A DNA stretch of 64,000 bases from a bacterium (GCA_021811315.1 JAJZPF010000002.1:95958-159957), one strand, 5' to 3'. Counted from the stretch's first letter, positions 9,360-18,618 are shown. The notes: generated by a model not told the origin, from the letters alone. Program-made: numbers and translations.

Positions 9360-9472
9360 ATTCAGAACCTTCCTGTAAGCAGCAGTCATAAATGCTGATA
9401 TACGTTAAAAATTCACTCTAATATCCTAGCACATGAACCCGACAAGGGCGTGTTGTTTTTTTAAAATTAAGC

Positions 9473-9488
9473 GAAAAACGCGTTTTTC
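9473..9488. promoter_or_regulatory. Perfect 16-bp palindrome GAAAAACGCGTTTTTC in the divergent intergenic region
   Basis: Read directly from the sequence. Lies between the Bro-N/cas operon (minus strand) and the SNF2 gene (plus strand), near the GC-content transition. Confidence 0.5.
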
Positions 9489-9742
9489 AGCCGCAAACCC
9501 GTAGTCTTTTATACATCTTTAACAGACGTCTTACAACTCGGCGGGAGCCGGTATCGCCTGATCGGACGGCACGGCCACACGGGAAAAAATACCCGGCTTT
9601 TTTGTATCATGGATTAAATGACAGGCGGGGTGAGTTTTTTTACCTGCGCAGTTACAGTCAGCGTGCGAAAGATGAATCAGAATATCAACACCAGCGCCGG
9701 CCGGCCCGGCCCGCGGCTGCCGCGTTCCGTACCGGTAAAATC

Positions 9743-12271
9743 ATGAGCCGGCCGGACTTCCCTCTGCCGTCCTCCCACTCCAATGGGGAGCCTGAACTGG
9801 CCCTCGAGGTGACCTGCCGCGAGGACCGCGATGAGATGTACGCGGCTGTTCCTGAAACCGGCACTCCGGACCGGTTGTATGCCGAGTTGCACGCGGCCCT
9901 GCTTCCCGGAGGGCTGGCGTTCATGGAAAGTGACCACGGCGGAGACAAAGAGGAGCTGCTGCCGCCGCCGACGGACACGGAGCAGCTCCAGAGCGAGTTT
10001 CTCAACCGCCTGCGCCGGTTTGCCCGCCGCTTCAAAGTGCCGCCCGCGAACTGGCGCTTTTTCGTGGACAGGGGGCGAAAGATCCGGACGGTTCCCACGC
10101 TCACATTTCCCGCCTCCTGGCAGAACGCGGGGACGCTGCGCGCTTCCCAGAAGATTTACCGCAGCGACGAGGAGTTCGAGAGACTGGAACAGGCCGGCCG
10201 GCACACCGAGGAAGGGGCCAGACTTCTGGCTGAGGGCCGTTACCGCAAAGCCATGCGCCTTTTCAAGGAGGCCCGCGCGAAGGACCCGGGCTACTACCTG
10301 CCGGCGCTTTTCCTGGCGGAGCTGGCGCTGAGCGAATCAAGCTGGGAAGAGGCGGGACATCTGCTCGATGAGGCGGGGAAGCTCTTCCGGAGGGATGGCC
10401 CCCGGACCAAGAAACAGTTTATCCGCGACGGCGGGCGGCTGGAGGCGGCCGGGCTGCGGCTGCGCGAAGCCCGGCTTCTGAAGGCCGCCACCCAGGCGGC
10501 CGCGCCCGCAGCGGCGGCGGCCGGCCCCAAGCCTGCCCAGGCGCCCGAAGCGCCGGTTGACTGGAGTGCGCCGCACCTGCCCGCCTGGCTTGCGGCGCGC
10601 TATACACAGGGCCCTTTTGACTCGCTTGCACGCTACCGCCTGCGGCTGGAGGCGGAGCAGGTGAGGACACTGGGGAGTTTCAACGAATTACTCAGCCCCG
10701 CGCAGTCGCGCATTCTGCCCTTCGAGCACCAGGTCCGGGCGGTCCGCGTCGCCCTGCGGCGTATGCGCGGGCGCGCGCTGCTGGCCGACGAGGTGGGCCT
10801 TGGCAAGACGATCGAGGCCGGGCTCGCCCTCAAGGAGTATCTGCTGCGCGGCATGGCCGCCAGGGCGCTGATCCTGGTGCCGCCGGTGCTCACGGAGCAG
10901 TGGCGCGAGGAACTTTCCACCAAGTTCGGCATTGAAGCCGCGGTTTTCATGGGGGAAGACGGCCCCGAGGGCGCGTGCTGGGGCCGCCCGGGCGTGGCTG
11001 TGGCCTCTCTGGCCCTGGCCAAGCGCGAGCCGCACCGAAGCCGTATCCTGGCCCAAAGCTATGACGTCGTCATCGTGGACGAGGCCCACCACCTCCGCAG
11101 GCGGCAGACCCTGGCCTGGCGGCTCGTCAATGAACTCAAGACCAAATTCCTCTTTCTGCTCACGGCCACGCCCATCCAGAACGACCTCGACGAGCTATAC
11201 AGCCTGGCTACGCTCCTGCGCCCGGGGCAGCTGGGCACTCCCGCGCAGTTCGGCGCGCGCTTCAAGGAGCGTGGCGACGGGCGCAAGCCGCGAAACCCCG
11301 GGGACCTGCGCGCGTTACTGCGCGAGGTTATGATCCGCCATACGCGCGCCAGCGCCGCGGTGGTGCTGCCGCGGCGCGTGGCGCGCACAGTCTCGGTTCC
11401 CATGGAAGCGCCGGAGCGCGCGGCCTACGAGGAACTCTCGTCCCTGGTCAGGTCGCTGGGAAGCGCGGCGGGGAAAAACCCGCTCTTTCTTCTCACGCTC
11501 CTCCAGCGCGAAGCGGGCTCGGACCTGCACGCAGCCCTGCCGACCCTGGCTAAGATCGAGCCGCGGCTGGCGCCGCCGGCCAGGGCCCGGTTGAAGGAAC
11601 TCTCGGCCGCCATCACGGGGCTATCCGCGCCGGGCAAATGGGGAGCGGTGCGCAATATCCTGGCGCATCACCCCGGCAAGTGCCTTATCTTCACCGAATT
11701 CCGGGCTACGCAGGCGCGCCTGGCCGCGGCGCTGACGGCGGCCGGGGAGAGCGTGGAGATATTCCACGGCGGTCTGTCCCCCGCCCAGAAGAGCGAGGTC
11801 ATGAACCGCTTTGAGGGACCCGCGCGCATCCTCCTCTCCACTCCCGCGGGCGGCGAGGGAGTCAACCTCCAGTTCTGCCGCGTCCTCGTCAATTACGACC
11901 TGCCCTGGAACCCCATGCGCATAGAGCAGCGCATCGGGCGCCTGCACCGCCTCGGCCAGACCGGGGAGGTGATGATCTACAACCTCGCCTCTCCTGATAC
12001 GGTCGAGCACCACCTGCTGCGCATTCTCAGCGAGAAGCTGAACCTTTTCGAACTGGTGGTGGGGGAGGCGGAAACGATCCTCGGCGAACTCACCGAGGAT
12101 AAGGAATTCGAACAGATCCTGATGGAGACGTGGCTTGAAGCCGCCGACGCGCGGGAGGCGGGCGAAAGAATGGAGCAGCTCGGCGAACGGATCATGCGCG
12201 AGAAGGAGAGTTATATGGAGATCAAGAAACTTGATGAAAGCATGTTCGGCTCCGACTACGAGGCGGCCTGA
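9743..12271 (+). CDS. SNF2-family ATPase/helicase with a long N-terminal extension (TPR-like segment, Ala/Pro-rich linker)
   Basis: Motifs LADEVGLGKT (I), VIVDEAHHLRR (DEAH, II), LLLTATPIQNDLDELYSL (III), LLSTPAGGEGVNLQ and YDLPWNPMRIEQRIGRLHRLGQ (V/VI). Start placed at the first ATG (9743); the track ORF begins at TTG 9602. The true start is uncertain. Confidence 0.85.
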   Translation: MSRPDFPLPSSHSNGEPELALEVTCREDRDEMYAAVPETGTPDRLYAELHAALLPGGLAFMESDHGGDKEELLPPPTDTEQLQSEFLNRLRRFARRFKVPPANWRFFVDRGRKIRTVPTLTFPASWQNAGTLRASQKIYRSDEEFERLEQAGRHTEEGARLLAEGRYRKAMRLFKEARAKDPGYYLPALFLAELALSESSWEEAGHLLDEAGKLFRRDGPRTKKQFIRDGGRLEAAGLRLREARLLKAATQAAAPAAAAAGPKPAQAPEAPVDWSAPHLPAWLAARYTQGPFDSLARYRLRLEAEQVRTLGSFNELLSPAQSRILPFEHQVRAVRVALRRMRGRALLADEVGLGKTIEAGLALKEYLLRGMAARALILVPPVLTEQWREELSTKFGIEAAVFMGEDGPEGACWGRPGVAVASLALAKREPHRSRILAQSYDVVIVDEAHHLRRRQTLAWRLVNELKTKFLFLLTATPIQNDLDELYSLATLLRPGQLGTPAQFGARFKERGDGRKPRNPGDLRALLREVMIRHTRASAAVVLPRRVARTVSVPMEAPERAAYEELSSLVRSLGSAAGKNPLFLLTLLQREAGSDLHAALPTLAKIEPRLAPPARARLKELSAAITGLSAPGKWGAVRNILAHHPGKCLIFTEFRATQARLAAALTAAGESVEIFHGGLSPAQKSEVMNRFEGPARILLSTPAGGEGVNLQFCRVLVNYDLPWNPMRIEQRIGRLHRLGQTGEVMIYNLASPDTVEHHLLRILSEKLNLFELVVGEAETILGELTEDKEFEQILMETWLEAADAREAGERMEQLGERIMREKESYMEIKKLDESMFGSDYEAA

Positions 12272-13293
12272 TGGCGGATATCGGAATGCGCGCTTTCGTC
12301 ACCGCGGGTGTGCGGGAACTGGGCGGTCTGGCTGAGGAACCCGGGGCGAACGCGCTCGAACTTGTCCTACCCGATGCCCTTAGGGAACCCCTGAACGGCC
12401 GGGAGTACCTGTCCATCGACCTGGACCGCGAAGCGCTCACCGTAGACTCACCGGTCGTCATAGCCGTCGCCGACGCCCTGGCTCAGGGGGGCTGCGCGGC
12501 ACAGGCCTGGCTTAACCCCGTCTACCTCCAGGGCGGCGACCTGGAGGCGAAATGGGCGCGCGCGTTCCGGCTGACGGCGGGACGCGCCACGCTCGCCGCC
12601 CGGACGCTGGAGGAAACCACCCATGCCCTCTTCGAGCTGCGGACCACCTACGAGACCGACGAGAAGGAAGACCGTTTGTACACCGTAGCCGTCAATCTCA
12701 CGACGCTCGCCCCTTATGAGGCCGTGGTCCGGGAGCGGGCAAGCTTCTTCCTGGACGAGGCGCCCGCCTCCGGCGAACTTGTCAGGGCGGTTGTGCCCAA
12801 CCTTGAAGAGCTCAGGAGGCCACTCGAAAACGCCCTGCGCAGGGCCCTGGCGCCGGACCTCGCGGAGCTGCGGGCCAGGCAGGAGAAGTTCCTGGCCCGC
12901 GAACTGGGCCGCCTGGAGCAGTACTACGGGACGCTTGAGGCCGAGCTGGATGAGCGCGGGCGCCGGCCCGCGCAGCAGGAGCGGGCCGCCCGCCTGGTTG
13001 AGCACCGCCGCGCCGTGGCCCTGGACCGAGCCAAGAAGAGGCGCGATGCCGTGGAGAAACACCGCCTGCGGGTGTCGGCCGAGGTTTTCGCTCTCCTCCT
13101 CCTCCATCAGCCATGGCTGCGCGCCACCATGCGGCTGGAGAGCCGCCGCGAAGCGGTGGAACGTCCGTTCTTCTGGAATCCGGCGCTTAAGGCTTTCGCC
13201 CCCGCGGTCTGCGACGCCTGCGCGGAGGAGACATCCACATTCTGCCTGCACGGCGGACGCCTCCTCTGCCCCTCCTGCACCGGCAGCGGGTGA
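12271..13293 (+). CDS. Hypothetical protein: Arg/Glu-rich predicted coiled-coil plus C-terminal Cys cluster (CDAC-x8-CLH-x6-CPSC)
   Basis: 340-aa ORF whose ATG overlaps the SNF2 stop codon by 1 nt (TGATG at 12269-12273). I recognise no family. The Cys/His spacing suggests a zinc-ribbon or SWIM-like module. Confidence 0.6.
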   Translation: MADIGMRAFVTAGVRELGGLAEEPGANALELVLPDALREPLNGREYLSIDLDREALTVDSPVVIAVADALAQGGCAAQAWLNPVYLQGGDLEAKWARAFRLTAGRATLAARTLEETTHALFELRTTYETDEKEDRLYTVAVNLTTLAPYEAVVRERASFFLDEAPASGELVRAVVPNLEELRRPLENALRRALAPDLAELRARQEKFLARELGRLEQYYGTLEAELDERGRRPAQQERAARLVEHRRAVALDRAKKRRDAVEKHRLRVSAEVFALLLLHQPWLRATMRLESRREAVERPFFWNPALKAFAPAVCDACAEETSTFCLHGGRLLCPSCTGSG

Positions 13294-13375
13294 GCATAAA
13301 TCTTTACCGGCGGTCAGGTTCAGAGTCGGGGCCTGGCGGGAACAGGGGATATAGCTTTATATATTCAGACGCTGC

Positions 13376-14230
13376 TTAAAGGCCAGTTATGTCCTGGAAG
13401 ATGATCCCCGCGCCTATTACTTTTCCGTCCACGCCCTTTATATTGATCGAGCTGTAGCCGATAATTTTTTCCTTCCCTTTTACGCTGCATTTGAAATCCA
13501 TGCGGCGGACGGTCTTCCCCTGCTTCAGCACGTCGGTGATGGCGGTGACGATGTCGGGGCAGAGCTGCATCAGGTCCGCCACCTGCTTATTGAGGAACTC
13601 CTGCCCTACCTCGAAGATCTCGGAGGCCTTGGGGTTGAAGAAGAGCACCCTCCCCTCCATGTCGGAACCTATAAAGCCGCCGGAAAGGTTGTTTATGGTG
13701 CTTTCGCCCTTGAGGTTAAGCTGCTTGATGGTGGCCTCGAGCTTCTTGATATAAACTTCCCTCGCCACCAGCGCGGTTATGAGGTCCGCCGCCTTGAGCT
13801 GCTCGTCGGAGAAAGCGCCGGCGATAGAATTTATATATTCCATTATGCCGAGCAGCTCGCCGTTGGCGATAGCGGGCACGGCGATCACCGTCTTGGTCTG
13901 GAAGCCGGAGCCCTTATCCACCTTCTTGGTGAACAGCGGGCTGTTCTCCGCGTCGTTGATCAGCAGGGCTTTCCGCGATTCGGCGCAGAAGCCCACCACG
14001 CCCTGGTAGCCGAAGCTTACGCCGACCAGGTCGCCGCCGACCGGGCCGATGCTTTTCCTGAAAGTGAGCCGCTTCTTCAGGTCGTCGGCCTCGAAGAAAG
14101 TGCCGGCGTGGCAGTTCACTATGCCGGCGCCCCTGCGCGTCAGGTATTCCCACAGGGCGTCCTCGCCCCTGGCGGCCTCGGCCGGCAGGCCCTCGGTGAA
14201 TTTTGACAGGAATTCAAGCATCTCGCTCAT
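13376..14230 (-). CDS. GAF plus PAS domain sensor protein without recognisable output domain
   Basis: 284 aa. N-terminal half is GAF-like (VVGFCAESRKALLINDAENSPLF...VIAVPAIANGELLGIMEYIN). C-terminal half is PAS-like (FIGSDMEGRVLFFNPKASEIFEV...). The ATG overlaps the stop of the upstream amidase gene (TCAT at 14227-14230 on the plus strand). Confidence 0.7.
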   Translation of the reverse strand: MSEMLEFLSKFTEGLPAEAARGEDALWEYLTRRGAGIVNCHAGTFFEADDLKKRLTFRKSIGPVGGDLVGVSFGYQGVVGFCAESRKALLINDAENSPLFTKKVDKGSGFQTKTVIAVPAIANGELLGIMEYINSIAGAFSDEQLKAADLITALVAREVYIKKLEATIKQLNLKGESTINNLSGGFIGSDMEGRVLFFNPKASEIFEVGQEFLNKQVADLMQLCPDIVTAITDVLKQGKTVRRMDFKCSVKGKEKIIGYSSINIKGVDGKVIGAGIIFQDITGL

Positions 14231-16068
14231 TTTTGACCCTTCCTCGCGGAGTATGTCCTCGCCGGGACTTCGAAGAATTCAAGCACGCCTTCGGCGATAG
14301 AGCCGGCCAGCTCTTCCTGGAAGGCCGGCGTGTTGAGCATTTCTTCCTGGCGGGGTATTATCATGTAAGCGTTCTCTATCAGCGCGGCCGGCATCCAGGT
14401 CATGCGGGCCACCAAATAGTCGCCGTAGCGCAGGCCCTCGTCGGGCAGCGGTATATTTTTAAGGTAGGCGCGCTGGATGGCGGCGGCGAGCGCCCGGCTG
14501 GGGCGCTGGTAGTGGTAGATGGAAAAGCCGCGCGGCTGCGCGTAAGGGTCCTCGCCGTCGCCTATGGCGTTGTTATGGATGCTGAGGAACAGGTCCCCGC
14601 CCAGGTCCCTGGCCAGCTTCGGGCGGTCGTTCAGTTCCACGTTCTCTTCCCCGTTGCGGGTCATCTGCACGGATGCCCCCAGCTCGACGAGCTTCGCCTT
14701 CAATTTTAAAGCTATAGCGAGGTTCACGTTAACCTCGAAAGTTTCCATGGGGCCCACGGCACCGTCCAGGCTGCAGCGGGCGGAGGCCGGCATCGAGCTG
14801 TAGCGGGCGTCGCGCAGGGGAAGCCGGCTGTTATTGTCGCATTTAAAATACGGCGAATGCCCCGGGTCGAGCACCACGGTGATCCCGCTCAGCGGCCTGG
14901 GCCAGGCCAGGGAAGCCCTGGGGCGGGAGCGCAGGTCCACCTGCAGCGCTTTAGAGGACCCCGGGTAGGAAATATTATAGCCCCAGAGCGCGCCGGGCTC
15001 CGTCTCGAAATCAAGCTCCACCTTGTTATAGGACGCCTGGCGGAAAGAAACGTTCTTGACCAGGGTATCGGCGGAATCGTAGACCACCGTGTTCGTATGC
15101 TGGTTGGCGTAGTAGAGCGTGACGCGGAGGCCCCAGGGGAACACCTCGGCCGTATACGGGAGGCGGTCGTAAAGAGTGACGGTGGCGGAGGAGCCGAAGT
15201 CGGTCTTTTTCAAGCGTATCGAACCGGTTTCGCTGCCGTAGCCGAAAGGATACTGCGCCCCTGAAACGGGCTGCACCTTTGAATCGTCCACCCACCCCAG
15301 CTCGTCGTTGGTAAGGGCGATGCGGCGCTGGCCGTTGGTCCGGCCGCTGGAGACGAGCTTCACGCCCTTCGGCAGGAACATCATATAGCCGCCGTCCGTC
15401 GCGTTTTTAAGGATGACGGTATCGGTGGAGGTCTCTACCAGCGCCGGCCGCTTGAGGACCTTTATTTTTCCTTTGGCCTTAGCGGAAGCGCCGCGCGCGA
15501 AAAGCCCCGCCTTGAACCGCGCGGAGAGGGCGCCGCCGGAACCCTGGTCGGCGTCTTTGATCCTGTAGGAGGTATAATACCTGCCCGAACCCTGCGGGAC
15601 CTCGGTCATCTGCAGGTCCTCGAAAACACCGTCGAGCGAGCAGACCGCCTCCCTGGAGGGCGAGCCGGCGGCCGTGATCTTCAGATAGTCCTCAGGAGCG
15701 ACTTCGGCGTCCGCGGCGTAGGAAGTGAACTCCAGCTTCAGCGTGCCCGTAGACGGGCCCGCGTCCGCGGGCTGGCGCACTTTCACCGCGCGCTGCGCGG
15801 TGGTCCCGTCGTCGAGCGTGCCGATGAAAGAGAAGTCCCCGGGCGCCACCGGCAGGTAGGCGATGAAGCCGCCGTTGGTATAGACCTGTATTTTTTCCCC
15901 GTTTATGGTGAAAGCGGCGGTGGCCGGGGAAATATTCCCGAACACGAAGGTCTTGGGCACGGAAGGGATGGAGCTCCCGTCCGGCGGGTAGACGAAATTT
16001 ATCTGCCCGGCGTAAAGCGGGAGTCCGGCGAGGAGGATCAGGGCTGCTGGGTTCAGGATACGTTTCAT
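14227..16068 (-). CDS. Secreted N-acetylmuramoyl-L-alanine amidase (Amidase_3 family) with long N-terminal domains
   Basis: C-terminal VVLDPGHSP ... DLFLSIHNNA motifs of AmiA/B/C-type amidases. Start placed at ATG 16068, giving a signal peptide (MKRILNPAALILLAGLPLYAG). The track ORF extends to 16119. Confidence 0.8.
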   Translation of the reverse strand: MKRILNPAALILLAGLPLYAGQINFVYPPDGSSIPSVPKTFVFGNISPATAAFTINGEKIQVYTNGGFIAYLPVAPGDFSFIGTLDDGTTAQRAVKVRQPADAGPSTGTLKLEFTSYAADAEVAPEDYLKITAAGSPSREAVCSLDGVFEDLQMTEVPQGSGRYYTSYRIKDADQGSGGALSARFKAGLFARGASAKAKGKIKVLKRPALVETSTDTVILKNATDGGYMMFLPKGVKLVSSGRTNGQRRIALTNDELGWVDDSKVQPVSGAQYPFGYGSETGSIRLKKTDFGSSATVTLYDRLPYTAEVFPWGLRVTLYYANQHTNTVVYDSADTLVKNVSFRQASYNKVELDFETEPGALWGYNISYPGSSKALQVDLRSRPRASLAWPRPLSGITVVLDPGHSPYFKCDNNSRLPLRDARYSSMPASARCSLDGAVGPMETFEVNVNLAIALKLKAKLVELGASVQMTRNGEENVELNDRPKLARDLGGDLFLSIHNNAIGDGEDPYAQPRGFSIYHYQRPSRALAAAIQRAYLKNIPLPDEGLRYGDYLVARMTWMPAALIENAYMIIPRQEEMLNTPAFQEELAGSIAEGVLEFFEVPARTYSARKGQK

Positions 16069-16159
16069 AGGGGCTGGAGCCGCGGCGCGGGTTTTAAAGA
16101 AAATGAAATATAAATTCAATATAGGTCAGATACAATTATAATATATTCGGCCATAAGCT

Positions 16160-17473
16160 ATGAACAAATCGACCCTGCCCGCAATGCTAGCCGCGCTGCT
16201 TTTCCCCCTCTCCGGGGCCGCCGCGGATTTCACCTCGGTCCGCCCCTGCGCCAGGGCCAATGCAATGGGCACGGCTTTCTCCACTGTCGGCGGCGACGCC
16301 TGCGCGGTCTTCTATAACCCCGCCAACCTTACCACCCTTTCCAACCTCGAGGTCCGCCTCGAGACCGGCCGCCGGCTCGCCCCGGGCGCCCCCGAAGGGG
16401 AGGTCTCCCTGGCCTATATACGCCCGGTCCCCGACGCCGAGAACAAAGTGGCCGGCCTGGGCTACTACTCGGTGCGGCAGAAAGGCGGCCTCGGCACGGA
16501 CTCGATGGCTTTCAGCCTGGGCAACCGCACCACAATAAAATACCTGCAGAAACCGGTCTATTACGGCATGGGCGTAAAAATAATGAGCCTGAGCGGCCTG
16601 GAGAAAAACCACCTCGGCCTGGGCGTGGAGGGCGGCGTGCAGCTTGAAAACACTTCCGGCCTCAGGACCGCCATCGTTCTTTCCGACGCCCTGTTCGGCA
16701 TAGGCAAATCGCTCATGACTTTCACTTTGGGGAACTCCTACCGCATAAAGAATACCCTGCTGCTGGCCGACCTCCGGGCGCGCGGTTCCCAATCCGAATT
16801 TTTCCTCGGGGCCGAGCATTCCATGTTCAACGGCCTGCTCCAGGCGCGCGCCGGCAAGGGAATAGCGCTGGCCGGCGGCGACTACCTGGCCCTGGGCGTG
16901 GGGATAAACACGCTGCCCTGGACCATAGACCTCGCCTGGTCGCTGCCCTGGGGCGGCTACAATAAATTCGCCGGCTACTACGGGGTGAACGTCGGCTACC
17001 GCTTCGGCTCCCCCACCTTCAGCGAGAAGCTGGTCGGGGACGCGGCCAGGCAGGCCGAAGCGCTGAGGGTGCAGATAGACGACCTGAGGGCGCAGCGCGC
17101 CAACCTGGAAAGCTCCATAGCGACCTACCGCGTGAACAAGAGCATGATAGAGACCGACGTGACCATGCTGCAGGGGCGCATGCGCGAGCTGGAAACCAAT
17201 ATAAAGGAACTGCAGGTGCAGGCCCTGGAAGCGCTGTACAAGAAGGAAAACCCGAAGGTCGTTAAGGCTTACATCCCCCCGCCGCCGGAGCGCTGGCCCA
17301 GGCTCCATAAAGCCGCCGCGGGCGAAACGCTGCGCTCTATCGCCGGAAAATATTACGGGAACCCCAGCCTCTGGGAGCGGATCTACCAGGCGAACGAGAA
17401 GAACGTTTCAAAAGGGCTGCCGGTGGAGGGAGCGGTGCTGACCATACCGGCGCCGCCGTCCGCCAACCAGTAA
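16160..17473 (+). CDS. Outer-membrane beta-barrel-like protein with coiled-coil and C-terminal LysM domain
   Basis: Signal peptide, then ARANAMGTAFSTVGGDACAVFYNPANL (PorV/UPF0164-like barrel start). Followed by a coiled-coil segment and a C-terminal LysM-like segment (HKAAAGETLRSIAGKYYGNPSLWERIYQANE). Confidence 0.6.
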   Translation: MNKSTLPAMLAALLFPLSGAAADFTSVRPCARANAMGTAFSTVGGDACAVFYNPANLTTLSNLEVRLETGRRLAPGAPEGEVSLAYIRPVPDAENKVAGLGYYSVRQKGGLGTDSMAFSLGNRTTIKYLQKPVYYGMGVKIMSLSGLEKNHLGLGVEGGVQLENTSGLRTAIVLSDALFGIGKSLMTFTLGNSYRIKNTLLLADLRARGSQSEFFLGAEHSMFNGLLQARAGKGIALAGGDYLALGVGINTLPWTIDLAWSLPWGGYNKFAGYYGVNVGYRFGSPTFSEKLVGDAARQAEALRVQIDDLRAQRANLESSIATYRVNKSMIETDVTMLQGRMRELETNIKELQVQALEALYKKENPKVVKAYIPPPPERWPRLHKAAAGETLRSIAGKYYGNPSLWERIYQANEKNVSKGLPVEGAVLTIPAPPSANQ

Positions 17474-17478
17474 AGGCT

Positions 17479-18618
17479 ATGTTCAACACCATACAGATCA
17501 TCTGCGCGTCGGAGAAGGACCGTACCATTCTCAGGGGGATCTTCAAGAACCTGGGCGCGGACGCCGTTTTTTCCAACGACCTGAACGACGCGCTCGCTAT
17601 TTTCGAGAAGGCGAGGCCCGCCGCGGTCTTCATCGCCGACGGCGAGGAGCCGCCGGCGGAGATCCAGCTGCGCGAACTTCGGCGGGTAGCCCCCTTCATC
17701 CCGGTGATCCCGCTGCTAAAACGGCGCGACGCCACCCGCGCTGTCGGGCTGATGAAAGCCGGGGCGCTCGACTGCGCGCAAAGCCCCTGGACCGAGGAGG
17801 AGCTGCGCCCGCTGTACCGCAAAGCGCTCAGGCTGAGCGGCACGGCGATAGAGCTGGATTCCTACGCGCTTCGCAACAGGCGGCGGTCTCTCGCGCTCGC
17901 GCTGGCGGCCTGCTTCGGCTTCGCCGGTTTCGCCGGCGGGCTTTATTACGGCTTCCTGAAGTTCTCCCCCCTCGCGCCGCGGCCCCACAGCTTTTACCTG
18001 CCTTACGCCCATCCCACCGGGATAATGATCAAGAAAGATTCCGTCCTTATCAGCGACTGGTACAGCCAGGCGCTCTACGAGCACGCCGTTAAGAATTTCG
18101 GGATAAGGAAGGTCACCAGCCTGCCCGAACTGACCCCGGTGGCCATGGCCTCCTCGCAGGACGCGCTCTGGCTGGCCGGGACCAACGGCGTGATAGAGAA
18201 GCGCCTGCTCGACGCCCGCTACACGGTGGCCTCGAAGACCCCCGCCTTTTCCCCGGCCCCGGACAGCGCCTGCTTCGACGGGCTTTATTTCTGGACCGCG
18301 AACTCCCGGGCCGGCACGATAGTCAAGCGCATGCCCGGCGACGCCCTCGGGGAGATAAAAACTTTTAAATACCCGGGGCTGAAACTTTCCGCGCTGACCT
18401 GCGACAACCGCTTCCTCTGGGCGGCGGACCCGGGCCTGAAAGGCCTGGTAAAGATGTCGCTCGACGACCCGGAGCGGATAATTTCGAAGACGGAACTTGA
18501 CGTTTACGCCTCGAGGACGCTTAAGATAACGGCGATGGCTTCGAAGGACGGGACGATCTGGTTCGCCGGAGAGGACGGGGACAAAGGCCTGGCTTTTTAC
18601 AAAGATGAACCCAAATAA
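17479..18618 (+). CDS. Receiver-like (CheY-like) domain, TM segment, C-terminal repeat/beta-propeller-like domain protein
   Basis: 379 aa. N-terminal about 120 aa have a receiver-like pattern (VFIADGE ... VIPLL ... GALDC), then a hydrophobic segment (LALALAACFGFAGFAGGLYYGF). Function unknown. Confidence 0.5.
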   Translation: MFNTIQIICASEKDRTILRGIFKNLGADAVFSNDLNDALAIFEKARPAAVFIADGEEPPAEIQLRELRRVAPFIPVIPLLKRRDATRAVGLMKAGALDCAQSPWTEEELRPLYRKALRLSGTAIELDSYALRNRRRSLALALAACFGFAGFAGGLYYGFLKFSPLAPRPHSFYLPYAHPTGIMIKKDSVLISDWYSQALYEHAVKNFGIRKVTSLPELTPVAMASSQDALWLAGTNGVIEKRLLDARYTVASKTPAFSPAPDSACFDGLYFWTANSRAGTIVKRMPGDALGEIKTFKYPGLKLSALTCDNRFLWAADPGLKGLVKMSLDDPERIISKTELDVYASRTLKITAMASKDGTIWFAGEDGDKGLAFYKDEPK

